From assembly GCA_030141605.1 (NCBI GenBank), contig JAQGDQ010002171.1, positions 1 to 11,796 of the forward strand: DNA of 11,796 bases. The letters are read 5' to 3'. A program made the position numbers and the translations under genes. Source of the stretch: Tubiluchus corallicola (taxonomy: Eukaryota; Animalia; Priapulida). The notes under the pieces were generated by a model, which was not told the origin of the DNA, searched no databases, and saw nothing but the letters and a program-made list of their open reading frames with translations. Positions 1 through 11,796 of the stretch are shown here, piece after piece; the stretch's first letter is position 1; each line of letters opens with the position of its first letter.

Positions 1-329
1 GACAACACAAAGCAACTCGATGAATAAATGAAATAAGTTCTGAAAATCACACCATTTTCCTTCATTTATCCGTTAATCAAAAATTCGAGGAAGACCTCTT
101 CTCTACAACAATGAGGCTACATTAAGAGCATAATTTAAATTTAATTTAAAATTTACATCAGCAGTATAACTACAATCTAACCTCGTTATACTGCCTCCTG
201 TTACACCGAGAAACTCGTTTATCACCTGATAAATGACCAGGAACAAAACGGTTGTATTAAACTGCAAACAAAAATAACCAGTTATACTGCCGCCTGTTGC
301 CTGCCATCCGCCAGGCAAATTAATAGATG
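1..329 (-). repeat. Left arm of long inverted repeat (truncated by window start)
   Basis: Base-by-base reverse complement of 1863-2191 (position i pairs with 2192-i). The only mismatch is 267/1925 and there are no indels. This explains the twin ORFs 103-318(-) and 1778-2089(+). Confidence 0.98.
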
Positions 330-1121
330 AGCTTAAACAATAGCAAGAACTTTCTGGTTCACTGTGAGTTTCAGTAAATATTTCTGTATGAAATAAACCT
401 GGAAATAGAACTATATGTCAAGGTAATAATTGTGTAAATGTGCATTTTTTCTACTTCTGTTAGTTAGTTTTTTTTGTTTAGCTTGTAAAGAACAAGGCAT
501 ACCCAATTTTAAACAGTAGGTCAAAAGAATCTCCTCTTTAGAATTATGAAAGGAAACATACTATTTTTTCAAAAACGATTTACGTGAAAGAATTATTACC
601 ACACAAACAATTTCGCGTTCTCGCCACTAGTTCTTCACTGTTACATGTTTTTTACAATTCGCTAGTTAGATGGGCACTAGCGCTTGCATTTCGGAAACGC
701 ATTGCACAAGAAACAGGTGCTGTACCTCTCAGTTCAGAAGTGCTAGTTTGTGACGGACTACACACGTTCGACAGCATATGCGTGAGCACAGTGGTAAATT
801 TGAAATCAAAATTTTTGTCTTAAAACTTGCTGAGTTTTAGTACAACTCACCGAATATTTTACAGTAAAACTGTACTTCAATTTTTGCCTTCACAAACATG
901 TGCAACACGCTCGTGGAATATTTTTGCTGCTGAAAATTATGTTAGTTTGTGATGTCATCAATAGTTGGGCTTGCCTGTCATTAATTAAGTTTTTAATCTG
1001 TTATTTAATTATCAGAACTGCTTTTGCAATATTAATTGTGTTAAAATGTATACTTTCTATCGGACTTGAAAATGGGGTAGTATATGAAAAATCATCTTGT
1101 CTTCCTTTAAACACTTTTCAG

Positions 1122-7728
<6,607 letters not shown>

Positions 7729-8018
7729 AAGTCACCGGTGGCTTAAATTTCGATCAAGAAAATTCTATTAACTACCGTACATAGTTTTTTGTTTAGATAA
7801 AGAATGGTGATTTATTGCTGTAGTACAGAGAGCTAATATGAAACTGAGTTTCACTGTAAATTCTAGCTTATCGTACCGGCTATATTGTTATTTGTCGTGA
7901 AAATGCATTTAAAATTCATTGCAGTTGGTAAAGTATAATTTCACGGTGAAATTTTTTTATGATAGCTGTGTTTATAGGTAACCATGGTAGAAAACAAACC
8001 TTAATTTATTCTTGTATA

Positions 8019-8494
8019 CAGTAAACTCCGTGTAACTCAAAATTGCATAACTCAGACTTTCACCTAACTCAAAGAATTTCAGCGCAACGGAGGAAATCGT
8101 GCATTTTTCCCACAAAAAACATCGTTTAACTCAAAATTTCGTCCAACTCAGATAAAAAATTATGGTCCTTTTAATCGAAATACATGTAATTTACATCACC
8201 TAAGTTGAAAATGCAATTTATACTCTAGAAAAATAAAAAGTTTCATACAATTCAACAGCAGTATCATCTTCCGGGAAAATTCGATGTCTTACAAGTCATC
8301 ATAATTTGTTATTCTTTATGTAATTGTCATCAAATCTCGTCGTTTATGAATAGAAGGGTTGACTTTCTGGCTTCTATTTAGCTCGCCATATGGAGGAGGG
8401 GTTTAGAGTTTCCATGCTGGAAAATGGTCAACATCGCGCCCAACTCAAAGTTTTTTTTCTGTCGGGGTGGATTTGAGTTATCAGGAGTTTACTG
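8019..8494. mobile_element. Tc1/mariner (pogo/Tigger-like) MITE, 476 bp, TA target duplication
   Basis: TA|cagtaaactccgtgtaactcaaa ... tttgagttatcaggagtttactg|TA gives 23-bp TIRs matching at 20/23. Several subterminal (t/c)aactca(a/g)a motifs are present. Confidence 0.85.
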
Positions 8495-8686
8495 TATTAT
8501 GTTTTTTCCTCTGACTCCTGATTTAGTGATTTTTTGTCCGTGAAGATGATGAGAGATCTCTAGTTATCAGTTCTGAGATAAGTTACAAAGCTTAGGAATG
8601 TTTGTACCTGATACTGAAGTTTCTTACAATCATGGAAACAGGGAGTTTTATTATTAAACAATGATTATGTGTTTGATTAAAATGTA

Positions 8687-8692
8687 AATAAA
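8687..8692 (+). promoter_or_regulatory. Candidate ECHS1 polyadenylation signal (alternative at 8232-8237)
   Basis: AATAAA followed by T/GT-rich sequence, about 960 nt after the stop codon. The hexamer is common by chance in AT-rich DNA. Confidence 0.35.
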
Positions 8693-8774
8693 AACAATGG
8701 TTGATAGTACTGCTATTGTTGACTTAATATACAGAGATTATTGTATGAAGTTTTCAGAAATGAAGTGTCGTGTG

Positions 8775-9673
8775 CAGAGGGGCGGCTCTAAGATTAGTGG
8801 GTAGTGGGGGGTTCTGCTTGAGAAAATGTTTACCATTGTTTTCATATTGTGTAAGAGAGTGTTGAAGTTCACTTACTGTCAATTGGGGATGCAAGGAAGC
8901 CATGTTTAAATTATTTAAGTTTTCTGTAAAAGTAAAAGGAATGAAAAAATTATGAATTAAATAGAATAGCTAGAAGCGTGATAATCATCTAATTCTACAT
9001 TTTATCTCATTCAAGAATACGGTACAAGGTTTTTAAGCTCAACACATGCTGAGTCAAAAAGAAACACTTCTTACAGGGTCGGTACTGTGCGAGCGACAGT
9101 GCTTTCTCTACCTAGTGTGCTGCTGCTTATCTCAGACATGACTGCATGGCCGCATCCACACAACAGCCAAACACTGTGTCACTGGAATAGTGAAACGCAC
9201 AGTTCTGTCGCATGCCCTCGTTCTGTACAAGCATTTACAAGCATGTACAAGTATAAAGAAAATTAAAAAACGTCATGCTCTTGTTCTGTACAAGCATGTA
9301 CAAGTATAAAGAAAGAATTAAAAAAATGTCGCATGCTCTCGTTCTGTACAAGCATTTACAAGTATAAAGAAAGAATTAAAAAACATCGCGTGCTCTCGTT
9401 CTGTACAAGCATTTACAAGCATGTACAAGTATAAAGAAAGAATTAAAAAACATCGCGTGCTCTCGTTCTGTACAAGCATGTACAAGTATAAAGAAAGAAT
9501 TAAAAAACATCGCGTGCTCTCGTTCTGTACAAGCATTTACAAGCATGTGCAAGTATAAAGAAAGAATTAATGAAAAAAAGACTCATTATATTGAATGTTA
9601 TCGATAATACCGAGCAAAAATAGGGGGTGCTGCAGTTGCACAATACCTACCTATACAAGAGCCACCTATACTG
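8775..9673. mobile_element. hAT-type non-autonomous DNA transposon (899 bp) with 8-bp TSD
   Basis: CAG...CTG termini with degenerate TIRs (cagaggggcggctct vs reverse complement cagtataggtggctct). Flanks gtcgtgtg (8767-8774) and gtcgtgta (9674-9681) match 7/8. An 8-bp TSD with CAG ends is typical of hAT elements. Confidence 0.6.
9206..9570. repeat. Minisatellite, 57/67-bp unit x6, with nested 10-bp sub-repeat
   Basis: Unit catcgcgtgctctcgttctg(tacaagcatk)1-2 tacaagtataaagaaagaattaaaaaa starts at ~9206, 9271, 9327, 9384, 9451 and 9508. Confidence 0.95.
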
Positions 9674-10241
9674 GTCGTGTAAAAAAAGTTTTGATACCCG
9701 GGGCAGCTGTATGTCACATCAACTGTATAATCATCACTTAATGCATAGCAGAACAGCGGATAAATCCTTGCAAACTAACAAAAACAAATGAACTCGCAGT
9801 CTCCGCATCTTGTGATGCCATTTATATTATGTATACAATATATAAACAGAGTATCCATCAAGAGCTTGATCGGTTTGTCTGTTTCATATTACAGTATAAA
9901 AAAATCAACATTTTTAGCAAATTATATTTTACTTCCAGAATTATACTTCTTCATAATCAATATTTTTAACACGAATTCATAATAACATTAGTAGATTACA
10001 ACACGCTAGATTAAATTTTACAGAACTGCAGTAGTCAAAACTTACTAAGATAAAAAAATTTCTTTCATTTTTACCTTTCAATTGGAAGTATATTTCTATT
10101 CTTATAGCATTCTCATATTCTCATTGTTAATGAAGTTTTATTACAGTTCTTGTTATTGCATTTCAACTTCGACATTTTTCTCTGAGTAAAAATTTGCTTG
10201 AAAAATAAATTTGAACATGCCATACTAATCAGCATAATTTC

Positions 10242-10310
10242 TAATTAGTTATAATAGTTAACCTTTTATAATTAGTTATAATAGTTAACCTTTCCTAATT
10301 AGTTATTATA
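10242..10310. repeat. Short tandem repeat, 27-bp unit x~2.5
   Basis: taattagttataatagttaaccttt at 10242 and 10269, partial copy at 10296. Confidence 0.85.
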
Positions 10311-10353
10311 GGTCAGAATCTATAAAGAGCTTTAACATTTTCAGTGTTTGGCT

Positions 10354-10600
10354 AAATAAAATAAATCTTGAAATAAATATTGAAATCTTGAAATAAATTT
10401 TGAAATCTTAAACAAATCTTGAAATAAATTTTGGAATATGTCTTGAAACTAGAAATAAATCTTGAAATAAATTTTGAAATCTTGAAATAAATCTTGAAAC
10501 GAATTTTGAAATAATCTTGAAATGTGTCTTGAAACTTCAAATAAATCTTGCAATCTTGAAATAAATCCTGCAATCTTGAAATAAATCTTGGAATCTTGAA
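10354..10600. repeat. Degenerate low-complexity tandem repeat built from aatcttgaaataa modules
   Basis: Many copies of tcttgaaa/aaataaat with mixed ~8, 12 and 20-bp periodicity. Confidence 0.85.
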
Positions 10601-10905
10601 GCAAACTATACGGTTACAACATAACAGAGAGTACAATATAATCATTAAAACCAGAAATTGAATTTCTAAATCAAAGATTAATCAAGAAACGCGTTAATGT
10701 ATATTGCAACTGTGTACAAATGTTTACCGTCTAACATTATTTTAAACTACATTACTAATAAACAACAAAATAATATCTAAGAAATTCTAATAGGGTTGAG
10801 ATTTACAACTAAAAATTCATATTTTTAGGCAGAGCGGGAAAGAAAATCAACAGATCTAGCATAACTTCTTTGAGAAGTTAAAAATGAAATAAACATCAAA
10901 TCGTA

Positions 10906-10990
10906 CAGTCAAACCCTTGTTATAACGCCAGGCCTGGGACATTGCTAAGTATGCCGTTATAGCGGGGTTGGCGGTAAGGCGAGGTTCGTC
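10906..10990. mobile_element. Decayed short Tc1/mariner-pogo-type MITE fragment
   Basis: ta|cagtcaaacccttgttataacg is followed by an inverted counterpart cgttatagcggggtt and a more degenerate copy cggtaaggcgaggtt. The final actgta terminus is absent. Confidence 0.45.
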
Positions 10991-11032
10991 AAATATCAAA
11001 GCAATTCTACAGTGCAACCTTGAGTACGTTTC

Positions 11033-11227
11033 CTAGTTCATTTTAATAATGTCGTCTTCACTTCCAACTTTCTTAATTAGTTAATACGTGTCTACACATC
11101 TAGACATTGTAGATTCCCTGGCCGTGATTTCACTGTCAATGTCATTAATGTACAGCACAAACAGAAGCGGGACAAAAAGTGAGCCCTGTGGAGTGCCTGA
11201 AATGACCTTAATTGATACTTCCAATGA
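11033..11227 (-). mobile_element. Decayed non-LTR retrotransposon (LINE; CR1/L2/Jockey-like) reverse-transcriptase fragment
   Basis: Minus-strand translation from 11227 is SLEVSIKVISGTPQGSLFVPLLFVLYINDIDSEITARESTMSRCVDTY*LIKKVGSEDDIIKMN*. It matches the RT motif SGVPQGS.LGP.LF..YINDI. The (F/Y)ADD catalytic motif is destroyed and in-frame stops are present. Below the ORF-track cutoff. Confidence 0.85.
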
Positions 11228-11483
11228 TTAATAGGTGTAGTATGCTGTATTATTATTATGCTGTACATTTTTGCAGCATTAACAATGCAGGTGTAGTTCT
11301 GAGGTGGTACCTTGCAATAGGTTTTTACGGTTTTGTGGTTTTACGGTTTTGAATAACACATAATAATAATACAATAACATAAAATTAACAAATATTACAT
11401 AATTCACCTAACAAGGGTTGATCAATAATTTCATTTTGATAACTTTCACTGACATGAGCAAACTTGTAACTTACCACCGTCTA

Positions 11484-11729
11484 TGTACCTAAGCGTTACA
11501 TTACAATCGTATCACACCCTGTACCTAAGCGTTACATTACAATCGTATCACACCCTGTACCTAAGCGTTATATTACAATCGTATCACACCGTGTACCTAA
11601 GCGTTACATTACAATCGTATCACACCCTGTACCTAAGCGTTACATTACAATTGTATCACACCCTGTACCTAGGCGTTACATTACAATCGTATCACACCCT
11701 GTACTTAAGCGTTACATTAAAATCGTATC
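11484..11729. repeat. Minisatellite, 36-bp unit x~6.8
   Basis: Unit tgtacctaagcgttacattacaatcgtatcacaccc at 11484, 11520, 11556, 11592, 11628, 11664 and 11700. Confidence 0.97.
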
Positions 11730-11796
11730 TTCGCAAGTTCTCAATTTCATCACTGAAACTTTGGATTTTCAATGCCTAAGGTACATCTCACTTTTT

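Noticed and set aside
103-318. Duplicated small gene (twin of ORF 1778-2089)
   Set aside because: The shared peptide merely reflects the DNA inverted repeat. It has no ATG start and no recognisable domain, and it is intronic.
584-823. Missing upstream ECHS1 exon, suggested by CDGL in this ORF
   Set aside because: The flanking residues do not match the expected NRPKALNAL...GAIVLTG context, so this is a chance 4-residue match.
860-874. tacagt-aaa-actgta as a minimal MITE or excision footprint
   Set aside because: A 6-bp stem is expected by chance in AT-rich DNA.
9318-11779. ORFs 9318-9536, 9788-9982, 10352-10645 and 11483-11779
   Set aside because: Three coincide with tandem repeats and one is short AT-rich sequence with no motif.

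Overview
AT-rich eukaryotic (most likely invertebrate animal) genomic DNA, not prokaryotic. The + strand carries the last six coding exons (1122-7728, all GT-AG introns) of an apparently intact mitochondrial short-chain enoyl-CoA hydratase gene (ECHS1/crotonase). The 5' exons lie outside the window. Introns and the 3' flank hold seven unrelated tandem arrays (about a fifth of the window), non-autonomous DNA transposon remnants (Tc1/mariner-pogo-type MITE, hAT-type element with 8-bp TSD), a decayed LINE RT fragment and a possible SINE. The most unusual structure is a near-perfect inverted repeat of at least 329 bp (1-329 vs 1863-2191, one mismatch, no indels). It brackets the 128-nt exon, covers the sequence just upstream of the next exon's acceptor, and runs off the left edge of the window. 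Inside its loop is an 8-copy 59-bp array carrying TCAAGGTCA nuclear-receptor sites. Most ORFs in the supplied track are artefacts of repeats.
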